The notes under the pieces: generated by a model
What the model saw: only the letters and a program-made list of their open reading frames with translations
Told to the model about the DNA's origin: nothing
The model's database searches: none
Translations under genes and position numbers: made by a program
Source of the DNA: Octopus sinensis
Lineage: Eukaryota
Assembly (NCBI RefSeq): GCF_006345805.1
Contig: NW_021833245.1
Coordinates: forward strand, 19,815-83,814
DNA length: 64,000 bases
Reading direction: 5' to 3'
Shown: one piece after another, positions 38,716 through 50,705 of the stretch
Position numbering within the stretch: the first letter of the stretch is position 1
Layout: the number at the start of each line of letters is the position of its first letter

Positions 38716-39697
38716 AAACATGTCTCACCAGGGTAGTCTTAAGCGCAGAGCTCAAATGTTCGATTGAGCGTTGACCGAAGCTGTGATGCACACGACGTGA
38801 ATATGATATCATTTTGATATAACACGAAACTTGTCTCACCAGGGTAGTCTTAAGCGCAGAGCTCAAATGTTCGATTGAGCGTTGACCGAAGCTGTGATGC
38901 ACATGACGTGAAGATGATATCATTTTGATATAACACGAAACTTGTCTCACCAGGGTAGTCTTAAGCGCAGAGCTCAAATGTTCGATTGAGCGTTGACCGA
39001 AGCTGTGATGCACATGACGTGAAGATGATATCATTTTGATATAACACGAAACTTGTCTCACCAGGGTAGTCTTAAGCGCAGAGCTCAAATGTTCGATTGA
39101 GCGTTGACCGAAGCTGTGATGCACATGACGTGAAGATGATATCATTTTGATATAACACGAAACTTGTCTCACCAGGGTAGTCTTAAGCGCAGAGTTCAAA
39201 TCTTCGATTGAGCGTTGACCGAAGCTGTGATGCACATGACGTGAAGATGATATCATTTTGATATAACACGAAACATGTCTCACCAGGGTAGTCTTAAGCG
39301 CAGAGCTCAAATGTTCGATTGAGCGTTGACCGAAGCTGTGATGCACATGACGTGAAGATGATATCATTTTGATATAACACGAAACTTGTCTCACCAGGGT
39401 AGTCTTAAGCGCAGAGCTCAAATGTTCGATTGAGCGTTGACCGAAGCTGTGATGCACACGACGTGAATATGATATCATTTTGATATAACACGAAGCTTGT
39501 CTCACCAGGGTAGTCTTAAGCGCAGAGTTCAAATCTTCGATTGAGCGTTGACCGAAGCTGTGATGCACATGACGTGAAGATGATATCATTTTGATATAAC
39601 ACGAAACTTGTCTCACCAGGGTAGTCTTAAGCGCAGAGTTCAAATCTTCGATTGAGCGTTGACCGAAGCTGTGATGCACATGACGTGAAGATGATAT
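38716..39697. repeat. 111-bp tandem repeat, ~8.9 copies
   Basis: Units start at 38716, 38827, 38938, 39049, 39160, 39271, 39382, 39493, 39604; few variant sites. Confidence 0.97.
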
Positions 39698-40477
39698 TTT
39701 GATTCAAATAACTATCTTATCCACGGCCATTATCAAAATGAGAATACGATTGCGGCACTTGGTGTGATGTGGAAGTGGATATTGTTTGTTCAGACTGCAG
39801 GCGCATGCATGCCATCCATATCCGATGAGATAGACGTAGTTTATGTTTTTGAATAGTTTAAATTTGAACATTACAGTAAAAAAAATTTAATTGGCGTGGG
39901 AGATTTCTCGACGTTTGATGATTTGAGCCAGAGGGATTATGTGTAATGTTTATTGTAGATTTCGTTTGGTAGTGGGTGATGAGGAGATGAGGAGAGAAAG
40001 ACATTGTTTAGTAGTGGAGCATAATGAGAGGAAACGAATAGGAGAGCCTAATGAGTCTGAAGTGTTTTAATGGAAATGGAAGGAGACAAATAGTCTGCAA
40101 AAGAGCAGGGACTGCTATAGTTTCTGTAGTAAAAGCAGAGAGAAGACAGAATGCATGCGCATGATAGAGGTTGCTTGTGTTAGAAAGACATTTAACGCCA
40201 GGCACCGTGTGGGCTTTTCGGGGTATGTTTTACCAAAGTGGCATCATAGGTATAAAGGTGACCTTCCTGATGACAAATTTTACAGCCGTTTCTTTATATC
40301 CAATTCATTTTTATCAATTGAAAATAACTAAAAGCGTAATTATATTAGTCAAATATCTTTCCGAAACTAATTTATCATCCACGTTTCTTTGCTCGATATT
40401 TGTAACCTTCAGTTCTAACCAATATTCTGTGCAAGTTCCCTGTCCGAATTTCATTTGCTGCTTTTCTTTTCTACTCT

Positions 40478-40750
40478 TTTACTCTTTTACTTGTTTCAGT
40501 CATTTGACTGCAGCCATGCTGGAGCATCGCCTTTAATCGAGCAACGCAACCCCGGGACTTATTCTTTTGTAAGCCCAGTACTTGTTCTATACGACGGGCT
40601 TCTTTCAGTTTCCGTCTACCAAATCCACTCACAAGGATTTGGTCGGCCCGAGGCTATAGCAGAAGACACTTGCCCAAGGTGCCACGCAGTGAGACTGAAC
40701 CCGGAACCATGTGGTTGGTAAACAAGCTACTTACCACACAGCCACTCCTA
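40478..40750 (-). mobile_element. SINE family A with internal deletion
   Basis: Head and tail joined near 40590; microsatellite-containing middle absent. Confidence 0.85.
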
Positions 40751-43135
40751 CTGTTAATACTACTCACCAAAATAACCGACTTCACGGCAATCCATATCTA
40801 CAGTTTAACCCAGTTTTCTATATAATACCTTAATCCACTCCTATAACCTAATTCTCCGTCTCAAACGGTATTGATCCATTTGAAAGACCTAGAAACATCA
40901 GAGTTAAAAAGAATAAAAGCGTTTGTGTGGTCACTTGTTCTGCTAGAAATAGCAGATACACATATCTGAGATTTTGGTCTGCCATCTTAATCAAGAAATG
41001 AGAAAAGAACAAAGCGCATAAAGAAGACACAGACAATTGTGTTTGAAAAGGTTGGATGGTCATGGATAGAATGTCTTTGTCTAAATGTCTTATCGATTTG
41101 TGCTGAACTAAAACTAAACAACCGCAACAACTTTTGCATTCATTCATTTCGTTAGAAAGCCTGCTTCTATAAGCTGCGTCTCAAGCTAAAGCATTATTGA
41201 TTCTCATGAAACAGAGAGAAAATAAGAAAATTATATTAAAGTATATGTAATTGTTTTTGTGTCACATACTCAGTTATAGTTTCCACTTGTCTTGCTAAAT
41301 TGCTACAATGTAATGTCGTATCATCAAGCATCGTATTGTGAACTAACAATTTGCCACTATTTAGAAGCAAACATTGAAGATAACTTTCCAATTACGGTAT
41401 TGCAAAACGGATGGCATTGTTTTCTGTTGTTATTCTTCATTGTTTAAGATTTTTTTTTTTGGTTTGTGTCTGTTTTTTTTTTTTTTTGCTTCTTCTCTGT
41501 TTTTCTTTTTCCTCTGTCATTTTTAAAAATTAAAAAAAAAAAATAAATAAAAAAATACAAATGAAGTTGAAGCATTTTAAAACATGTTTACACTATCGTG
41601 GCACCCGGAAGAAAATACTTTCTTCTGACATGCTTTTAACGTAACAGCATGAAACAGAAGCAGAATACGAGAGAAAACGAAAAAAAAAATCGAAGAAAAA
41701 AAAAACAACAAGACATCAACTTAAACAAGAAGAACGACGAGAAGGAAAATATATTAATAAAAGAATAATATAAAAAGAAAAAAAAAACAGCAACGACAAT
41801 TGTAATGAAGTATAAATGAAGTTCATTATCGATTTTTGCCAATACATGACATTAATTTCCGGTCAACTTTCACTGAAATTTTCCAATATAATGCAAAACT
41901 GTTAATGTGTTTATAAAGAGATGACATCAACTGGAGCCAGTGTTCGTTGGCTCCTCGGCTTACAGACAACGAACATACATAATGCATTTACGAATATATT
42001 CACACGCACTGAACATGTCGTAGCAAGCTCTTACACAATAAACTTCAACTAATTTAGTCGTACTTGATTATACAAGTTTGAGAGAATGTAAGGACGAAAA
42101 CAGAAACATGAGGAGGAAGCGAAAAGATAACAAAGAAAGAAGGAGAGAGGGAGAGAGAGAGAGAGAGAGAGAGAAATAATGCAAAGAACCAAGGAAATCG
42201 ACCTCGCTTTGATTTTTGTATTACAATCCATGTAAGTACAAATACACCCATTCATACACACATGTATATACAGACAGGTACATATATAGCTACATATATG
42301 CATTCACATGTACATAAATAGCTACTTACATACATGCATGCATGTATGCATATATACATACACACACACATTATATATATATATATATATATGTATATAC
42401 GTATATATATGCATGTATGCATATTATATGTATATATATGTATATTCATATATATATATATACATATGTATACATGTACACACACACACGCACACACATA
42501 TATATATATACATACACACATATGTACATGTATACATTTATATAAACACTCTCTCACAAACACACACACACATATATATATATATATACACATATGTATG
42601 TGTATATATGTCTAAATGTGTACTTGTGAGTACTTTACCGAGGGTACTTCATCACGTGCTTGTATATATATATGTGCATCTCTGTATAGACAATTAAATT
42701 TAACGGAAACGTACTGACATGCTTCAATTTTATATCTATCTACCTATGTAGTTATCTATGTATATACATACATACATAGATACATATTGAGGATGGGATT
42801 TATGTATGCGAAGGGGTGAAGAAATGAATACGTTAAGAAAACAAGAAGCAACCTTGTAAGTGAACGAGCAGAATATTGACTGTGAGAACCGACTGTGAAT
42901 GCCGTGCTCATTGCAATGGCGGCGATAAAGATATTGATGATGCTGATGACCATGTTGAAGGTTATGGAGTTATTGACAGCGTGAACGAAATAAAACTGTC
43001 GAGAATGACGATGGCTTGGAGGTCAGGATTATGAAAATAATAATTGTTTCTAGCAGAGGCACAATGGTAAAATGTTTAGCTACATTGTTAACAGAACATG
43101 TAGAACTTGACTATGAGTTTTTTTTTTATCGATAC

Positions 43136-43381
43136 CTGAAAGGATGTGAAGTGAACGCAACCGTGACCAAAATTGAACTCAGAACTGAGATTGCTGGAGT
43201 AATTATAGCATATAATTTTTCCTCGATCTCCATTCACAATTCCACGTTTCCATTCACTCATCCAGATGCTGGAAATGTTGACTACATTTTGCTCCGAAAC
43301 CAACACGTACGATCTTAAGGCAGCATCTCCTGCTGGAGTCATGGGTAAACTGCAGCCCGAGAAACATACGGTATGGTACAT
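43136..43381. other. Possible coding exon (strand unresolved)
   Basis: In-register open frames on both strands with AG/GT boundaries: minus 43381-43136, plus 43143-43306; no recognised family. Confidence 0.25.
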
Positions 43382-43694
43382 CTAACGAAAGATTACATTG
43401 GTTTGTTTTAAGAGAGGGGCTTGCCTGATGATGCACCGGGTTTCATATGGCCAGGCCTTACAAAAAGGTTATCTCTGCTCTATAGTATCACTAGAACCGC
43501 TAGAAAGGAGAGCGAAATTCCCGCCAATATATTCTAAAAATTCCACCACACTCATTTGCCTATAATAGAACTCTCTAGATTTTTGTTGTTTTCTTTAAAT
43601 AAAAACATCTGTGTTTTTAAAGACATCCTAGATAAATTATGACCTAATTTTAAGCAGTTTTTGCGGCGAGTGCATCACCAACAGCAACAGTGGT

Positions 43695-44060
43695 GGAGGC
43701 GCAATGGCCCAATGGTTAGGGCAGCGGACTCGCGGTTTCGATTCCCAGACCGGGCGTTGTGTGTGTTTATTGAACGAAAACACCTAAAGCTCCACGAGAC
43801 CCCGGCAGTGGGTGGTAGCGACCCCTCTTGCACTCTTTTGCCCCAACTTTCTCTCATTTTTTCTTCCTGTTTCTTGTCCCTGTCTTCCTACGCAACCGCT
43901 GAGCCTGGATGTGCATTCATCCATCCATCGATGTTCTCGGTGTCGGGGGTTGATCTGCTTTCTCTTCTGCGGGTCTTATAAATAGCAAAGGACCACATTT
44001 CGGACTTCTCCCATCTTGCGAGCTCTGGGACGAAAACCGTTCGCTCAACAGCAACATCAA
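43695..44060 (+). mobile_element. SINE family D (tRNA-head); second copy at 60796-61165
   Basis: A-box TGGCCCAATGG, B-box GTTTCGATTCCC; long homology between the two copies; CAA-type tail. Confidence 0.85.
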
Positions 44061-44074
44061 TAAAAAAAGAAAAG

Positions 44075-44205
44075 ATGACGGTATGACAAAATACTTTTTC
44101 GTCCGTCTTAACGTTCTGAGTTCAAATTCCGCCGAGGTATCTTTACCTTCAATCCTTTCAGGACCGATAAAATAAGAATCGATTCATGTGATCCCTCCAT
44201 TGAAA
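44075..44205 (+). mobile_element. SINE family B-related fragment
   Basis: ACGTTCTGAGTTCAAATTCCGCCGAGG...CCTTTCAGGACCGATAAAATAAG. Confidence 0.7.
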
Positions 44206-44789
44206 TTTACCATACTACTGAAGCAAAATGACAATATATGAATGTAGAGGATCTATGCGACTTTGCAATACCATATAATTAACAGAGTCGATACCATACA
44301 AGTTGAACCAACCGAGAAAGATCAGACCCAGCCAAAGACTTGTAAGCTTGTAGAAGTCTAACATACAAATATTCCTGTGTAAACTGGTGACTCCAAAGAG
44401 ACTGAAATATATTGCATTTGTGACTTATATCGTCAACTTACAGAAAAATCCCCTACTGTATTCTAATTCTTGAGAGTTGAGATGACGTACCGTCACGAAA
44501 TATGACGAAAATAACCCTACTGACTTAAATAGTATACAGTAGATTTAATAACATTTAAGAGTGAAACTATTTACAAGCATAAATATGACGTGAAGAGACA
44601 GGGGCAAATTGCCAAAAGTTAAAGAGATTATATAGAATCGATTTGAAAGAAATATTGCAAATATAAAATAGTGTAAGCAAGTGTTACAAAAAAAAAAAAT
44701 ACTGATGTCATTTCCATAAAGTGATCTCATTCGCGCTCGCATCATCATAAGCGGAAAGTGTAACCTCTCGAAAGAGCTGTTCTTAACTC

Positions 44790-45065
44790 CTGCTCGAAAG
44801 CGCCGGCTGCGGGGTCACTCCGAAAAGCTCTATCTGCGACGATTTAATCTCAATCGAAGGAGAGGGGTTTTCTCCGTCCGGGTTGCGGATCCGTGGAATA
44901 AGCTGCCGGACGAGATAGTGAAGATGCCGATGACTGCTCGGTTCAAAGTCTCTCTTGACCAGAAATGGCCTGAACTCTTTGCATGAACACCCTCCCTGTA
45001 CATAACTCCATGTCCCCCTACATGGCCTTGCTTTTTGCATTTTAAGACAAAAAATTAAATTAACT
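44790..45065 (+). mobile_element. CR1/L2-like LINE 3' end
   Basis: RLRGHSEKLYLRRFNLNRRRGVFSVRVADPWNKLPDEIV...FKVSLDQKW. Confidence 0.85.
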
Positions 45066-45150
45066 TAACCCAGAGCCAATCAGGTAACGCATCCCAATTT
45101 ACCGTTGCTGTAAAACGAGAGAAATTTCTCCCGACTACGTTCTCCAGCTT

Positions 45151-45346
45151 GTAGATACATCTTGAGCTCGTAGGTACATCTTGAGCCTGTAGATACGTCT
45201 TGAGCTCGTAGGTACATCTTGAGCCTGTGATACATCTTGAGCCTGTGATACATCTTGAGCCTGTAGGTACATCTTGAGCTCGTAGATACATCTTGAGCTC
45301 GAAGGTGCATCTGGAGCTCGTAAATACATCTTGAGCCTGTAGGTAC
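45151..45346. repeat. 19-bp minisatellite, ~10 copies (GTAGRTACATCTTGAGCYY)
   Basis: Direct reading. Confidence 0.93.
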
Positions 45347-46242
45347 TATTTAACCAGGCTATCGCAGCACGTTCTATCTTGTCTAACTGTAGACGTATCA
45401 CTTAGAAAGCCTCTACTTCAGCGCAAAATTAACCTCAAACAGCTAACCAATCTTGCTCATATCAAACACCACCGCTTTAAAAGAACTACATTGGACAATG
45501 TTACCGTAGATATACGAATTTGAAGTGTACTGTGTATTGAAAAAAACCCATTTGGCATATATATTGTTGATCAGAGCAGACCAACAACAGAAGCCTCAAA
45601 TACGACACTTCAACAAATTTATTTGAGGGCATTAAGTTACTCTTGTCACCAAATTTCTGATATATAATGATGCAACTTGTAACAGTCGCATTATGACAGG
45701 TCTATACATTCTACGATCATTACAATAGAACGTAAACTCAATTATAAAATATATAGATACTGTTTTATACACTGCAGTATACTTTTCTATAGACTTATAC
45801 ATAGATATGTATAAAATTTTAAAATTTCATCAAAATGCTGCAGAAGGTACGACAGGCAGTCCCTGACATCACGGAAATAATGCCGTATAGGGTTCAGCAG
45901 ATGGTTGTCTTCGAGGAAGTGAGTTATTTCCGATCTTACCACACTCTCAAATACTTTAATGATATGAGAGGTGAGTGACATCGAATGGTATTTCGCTGCA
46001 AGGGATTTATTTCCCGTTTTGAAAATTGGAAAGACAATCTGGGAAAGAAATTAATCAGGAATGTAACCCGTATCAAGTGAGTTCCCCCAGAGCTCAGCTA
46101 GAGCTGGGGTGGGTGGCAATTTGATGTCGACACATCTTCAGGAGAGTGACCGGGAAGTTATCGGGACCTACTGCGGAGTAGTGCTTGATATCATTTATTT
46201 CTGTTAGGATATCAAGAGCACCAAAATTATGTCAGATATAGT

Positions 46243-46461
46243 AAAGCGGTGAGCTGGCAGAAACGTTAGCACGCCGGGCGAAATGCGTAGCCGTTGCGTT
46301 CTGAGTTCAAATTCCGCCGAGGTCGACTCTGCCTTTCATCCGTTCGGGGTCGATAAATTAAGTACCAGTTACGCACTGGGGTCGATATAATAGACTTAAT
46401 ACCTTTGTCTGTCCTTGTTTGTCCCCTCTATGTTTGGCCCCTTATGGGTAATAAAGAAACT
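46243..46461 (+). mobile_element. SINE family B monomer
   Basis: 8-bp TSD GATATAGT (46235-46242, 46462-46469). Confidence 0.92.
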
Positions 46462-46542
46462 GATATAGTTAGTTTAGGGTTTGCATCACTGATACTAGCC
46501 AGATCATCCGTATTAGCGTTAGTGAACGCGGAGTAGTATTGT

Positions 46543-46779
46543 TAAAGGCGGCGAGCTGGCAGAACCGTTAGCACGCCCGGCGAAATGCGTAGCCGTATTT
46601 CGTCCCTCGCTACATTCTAAGTTCAAATTCCGCCGAGGTAGACTTTGCCTTTCATCCTTCCGGGGTCGATAAATTAAGTACTAGTTACGCACTGGGGTCG
46701 ATGTAATCAACTTAATCCGTTTGCCCTGTCCTTGTTTGTCCCCTCTGTCTTTAGCCCCCTTCTGGGTAGTAAAGAAATA
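46543..46779 (+). mobile_element. SINE family B monomer
   Basis: 8-bp TSD AGTATTGT (46535-46542, 46780-46787). Confidence 0.92.
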
Positions 46780-47265
46780 AGTATTGTCTCGGCAGTATCC
46801 CGCACATGGATTTTGCATCGTGTAAAATGTTGTTCTCATCAACCAGAGGACCAACAATGGAAGCAGCGACTTTGTTTTTCTGTAAATGAAAAGAACACTT
46901 TGGCATTCAATATAATTTTCTCCATGGCCCAATTCTCAGCAGCACTTTATATTAATGATGGTCTTCATGCCTATCCGAAGTCGTGTTTTTTTTTCGTTTT
47001 CTGTGATGCAATGGCAGTCAAATGGGGGCGATGCTGCTGGCAGTATTTAAGTTCGTTGATTTTTCTCGTTAATTAATTTTCTGATAGTTACTCATCTATT
47101 TCTAGGAATTTGTTTACCGATCTTAATTGAGTATTTTTGCGCATATATTAGTTACAGTATCGACAAATATCTGCCATGATGTGTTATGCTGTTGGTGGTA
47201 GTGCGTATATGAAGGACTAATCAACTTGTGATAGATCATGATTGATCGCATCCAAGTCTGCGTTA

Positions 47266-47319
<54 letters not shown>

Positions 47320-47509
47320 TACATACATATATATATACACATATATATACATATATATATACATATATATACATATATAAATTTATTTACATTTATATAT
47401 ATATAAATATATTCATATATATATATACATATTATACATATGTATGCATACATATACATATATATATATATATATATATCATATCGATATATGTGTGTAT
47501 ATATATATG

Positions 47510-47675
47510 ATAGATCGTTAGCCACTACACACATTTCTCTGTCCTTGTTTTTTCCCTTTCTGTAGAAGAGCGTAGGCTCGAAACGTAAAAGACTTTATTC
47601 CTGAGCGCTATACTAATACATCTGTTTGTTTTGTACACCACCTGTCTTCGTCTTTTGTTTTTTCGTAAACTCTCC

Positions 47676-47690
<15 letters not shown>
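47510..47690 (+). mobile_element. Penelope-like terminal (pLTR-type) fragment between (TA)n tracts
   Basis: Contains a minimal HHR motif; boundaries set by microsatellites. Confidence 0.55.
47556..47591 (+). ncRNA. Minimal type I hammerhead ribozyme motif, variant core
   Basis: CTTT-CTGTAGA-A-GAGC(GTAG)GCTC-GAAA-C-GTA-AAAG; stems I and II fully paired; palindromic ACGT stem III. Confidence 0.6.
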
Positions 47691-47729
<39 letters not shown>

Positions 47730-48475
47730 ATATATATGTATGTATCAATGGTACTCTATTAAAACTATAACATACACAGAATAGTATACGTTATAGACGT
47801 TGTTGCATAGTAAAGGAAATACTATAGAGTATAGCTACTCCACAAATTTACCTTGTGTAATGCACATTAGAGACACAGTATTTTGCATTACGTATTGTAT
47901 TGCATGCACTATATGACACAGGGTGTGTAATAAAGATTACTATTATATATCAAATTAATATAAGTTCTACACATACAATATATTGAATAATACCGAGGCT
48001 GCAGTATATACAATAGAGAATCCATTATATAATATATATATATAATATGAACAGCATTGTTAGAGTTTATATATTATATTACCAATGAAAGAATCTATAC
48101 TCTATGCTACAACTACTATTGTGTGTTTAGAGATAATAGTTAACATAGATACTGAGCATACTACATATTATATTGTCATTAAAACCATTGATTATAACTA
48201 TAATATATGCCAGAGTTTATATTGGTAATTTTAAATATGATACAACGATATACGTAGTATAACATGGCAACATATAGTACGTTATATTGACTGCCTTAGT
48301 ACAGGATATATGGTGTACGTACTCACTTGTACACACAGATACGTACACACACACGCTATATAAATCTGTCTAGCCACATGTCTTTAGAGTAAGAAGCTAT
48401 TAGTAACTTGAAACTTTATATATACGTGCATATGGCTATATATTTATAAACATACATATGTTTATATATATATAT

Positions 48476-48647
48476 AAGCGCAGGAGTGGCTGTGTGGTAA
48501 GTAGCTTGCTAACCAACCACATGGTTCCGGGTTCAGTCCAAATGCGTGGCATCTTCGGCAAGTGTCTTCTGCTATAGCCCCGGGGCGACCAATGCCTTGT
48601 GAGTGGATCTGGTAGACGGAAACTGAAATAAGCCTGTCGTATATATG

Positions 48648-48697
<50 letters not shown>

Positions 48698-48900
48698 TGT
48701 GTTTGTCCCCCTAGCATTGCTTGACAACCGATGCTGGTGTATTTACGTCCCCGTCACTTAGTGATTTGGTAAAAGAGACCGATAGAATAAGTACTGGGCT
48801 TACAAAGAATAAATCCCGGGGTCGAGTTGCTCGACTAAAGGCGGTGCCCCAGCATGGCCGCAGTCAAATGACTGAAACAAGTGAAAGAGTAAAAGAGAGA
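48476..48900 (+). mobile_element. SINE family A, full length
   Basis: Shares diagnostic variants (CCCCCTAGCAT, GAGTTGCTCGAC) with 1263-1680. Confidence 0.9.
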
Positions 48901-48912
48901 GAGAGTAAAGAG

Positions 48913-48948
<36 letters not shown>

Positions 48949-49504
48949 TACATATGTATGTATGTATGTATATATATATATATATATATACACATATATA
49001 CATATATATGTATGTATGTATATATATATATATTATATATATATATATAATATACATATATGTATGTATGTATGTATGTATATATACATAAATGTGTAAT
49101 AATATCTGTAATATTGTATTTGTAGTATTGCTTTGTTGACCTGAAACCTGAAAAGTTGAACTCGACGATGTTTCAACTGAAATTATAAAGAAACAAAACT
49201 AATTAAAAGCAAAGTGATTCGTCTGGCTCTCCCCAGATTCTGCCAATCCAGCGACGGACGTCTTTATGTGCTGTTGTTGTTCTTTTTTATTTCTTTTATT
49301 TATTTATTTTTTCGTTCTTTCACTTGCTTCAGATATTAACATTGCGGTTATCCTGCGGCGCCGCCTTGAAACAATGTTATTAAGAATCGTTAAGAAAATA
49401 TTATATTACAGCCACTAGGACCACCACTGCTACTGCTGCTGCTACTAGTACTATTACTACTAGTACTACTACTACTATGACGACGAAGAAGAAGAAAAAG
49501 AATA

Positions 49505-50055
49505 CTTTCTACTAAATGATCGAGGACCGAAATTTGCGGGGATGTGACTATGCAGTTACCTCGAGCCCCAGAGTTTCCCTGCTACTTAATTTATCGACCC
49601 CAAAACGATAAAAGGCAAAGCCGACCTTGGTGGAATTCGAACTCAGAGCGTTGCGACGGGCAAAATACCGCGAACCATTTGATACCCGCGTGCCAAATAT
49701 TCCGCCAGCTAGCTGTCTTACAACAACAACAAAAACAGCTACTACTACTACTACTACTACTACATATACTATTGCTGCTGCTGCTACTACTACAAATAAT
49801 CTTTTCTAATATATGAACAAGACCTGAAATGCTGGGGCAATTAATATCGGTTTTGAAATTTTGGCACAAAGTCAAGAATTTCAGGTAATGTCAACGACAT
49901 CGGTCCCAGTGCACAACTGGTTCTTATTACTTTATCTATCCTAAGTTTAAGAAAGGCAATGTCGACCCGGGTGCATTGTGGGGCTCAGTAGGAGAAATCG
50001 AAAGAAATGGTACTAAGCATTTGGTCCGGCACAGCATCAATTCTGCCAACATGTC
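49505..50055 (-). mobile_element. Two old SINE family B-related copies (49505-49718, 49800-50055)
   Basis: Diverged TTTATCGACCCC...AAAGGCAAAG.CGACC...GGAATTCGAACTCAG. Confidence 0.7.
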
Positions 50056-50401
50056 CCCTCGAATTTGAAACCGATATAAGGAGAAAACGTAAGCAGCAGC
50101 AGCAACAGTAGTAGCAGCAGTAATAGCAGCAGCAGCACTAGTAGTAGCAGTAATAGCAGTAGTAGTAATAGTAGTGTTGAGATACCATAATTTCCAACGA
50201 CATGTGTTTCCTGATTACAGAGACGAAGACTACTTAGCATTTGTTTTACCCGCAAACAAATTAACAAACATATATACGCAAAGATAGGAAGGCATTCTTA
50301 CATACATTCATATATATATATACATATATATACATACAATCACACCTTCATACATCGTTCCACACTGATACACACACACATATATATATATATATTTATA
50401 A

Positions 50402-50705
50402 GGGGAAGTGTCTTCTGCTATAGTCTCGTGTCGATCAAAGCCTTGTGAGTAGATTTGGTAGACGGAAACTGAAAGAAGGCCACCGTATATAAATGTTTCA
50501 ATTCTGTGTTTGCCCCTCCCGACATCACTTGACAACTGATGTTAGTGTGTTTACGTCCCCGTAACATAGCAGTTCGTCGAAAGTACACGATACAATAAGT
50601 ACTAGGAATATAAAGAATAAATCCTCGAGTCGATGTCTTCGACTAAAGGCGGTGCTCCGGCATGGCCATAGTCAAATGACTGAAACAAGTAAGAGAGCAA
50701 AAGAA
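50402..50705 (+). mobile_element. SINE family A, 5'-truncated
   Basis: Begins at the CORE-like motif and runs to the tail. Confidence 0.85.

Larger units (their letters stand above)
45810..47010 (-). mobile_element. CR1/L2-like ORF2 relic (EN-RT linker plus RT N-terminus) interrupted by two SINEs
   Basis: AMEKIILNAKVFFS; IVGPLV; QYYSAFT; SAVGPDNFP; SLTSHIIKVFESVVR...FLEDNHLLN. Confidence 0.85.

Noticed and set aside
38555-39679. 374-aa repeat protein, or a CRISPR-like array
   Set aside because: No unique spacers and no cas genes, so not CRISPR; no supported start or splice context and no synonymous bias, so not called as CDS
47750-48420. Scrambled AT-rich stretch as a novel element
   Set aside because: No termini, repeat unit or ORF; likely decayed microsatellite or low-quality consensus
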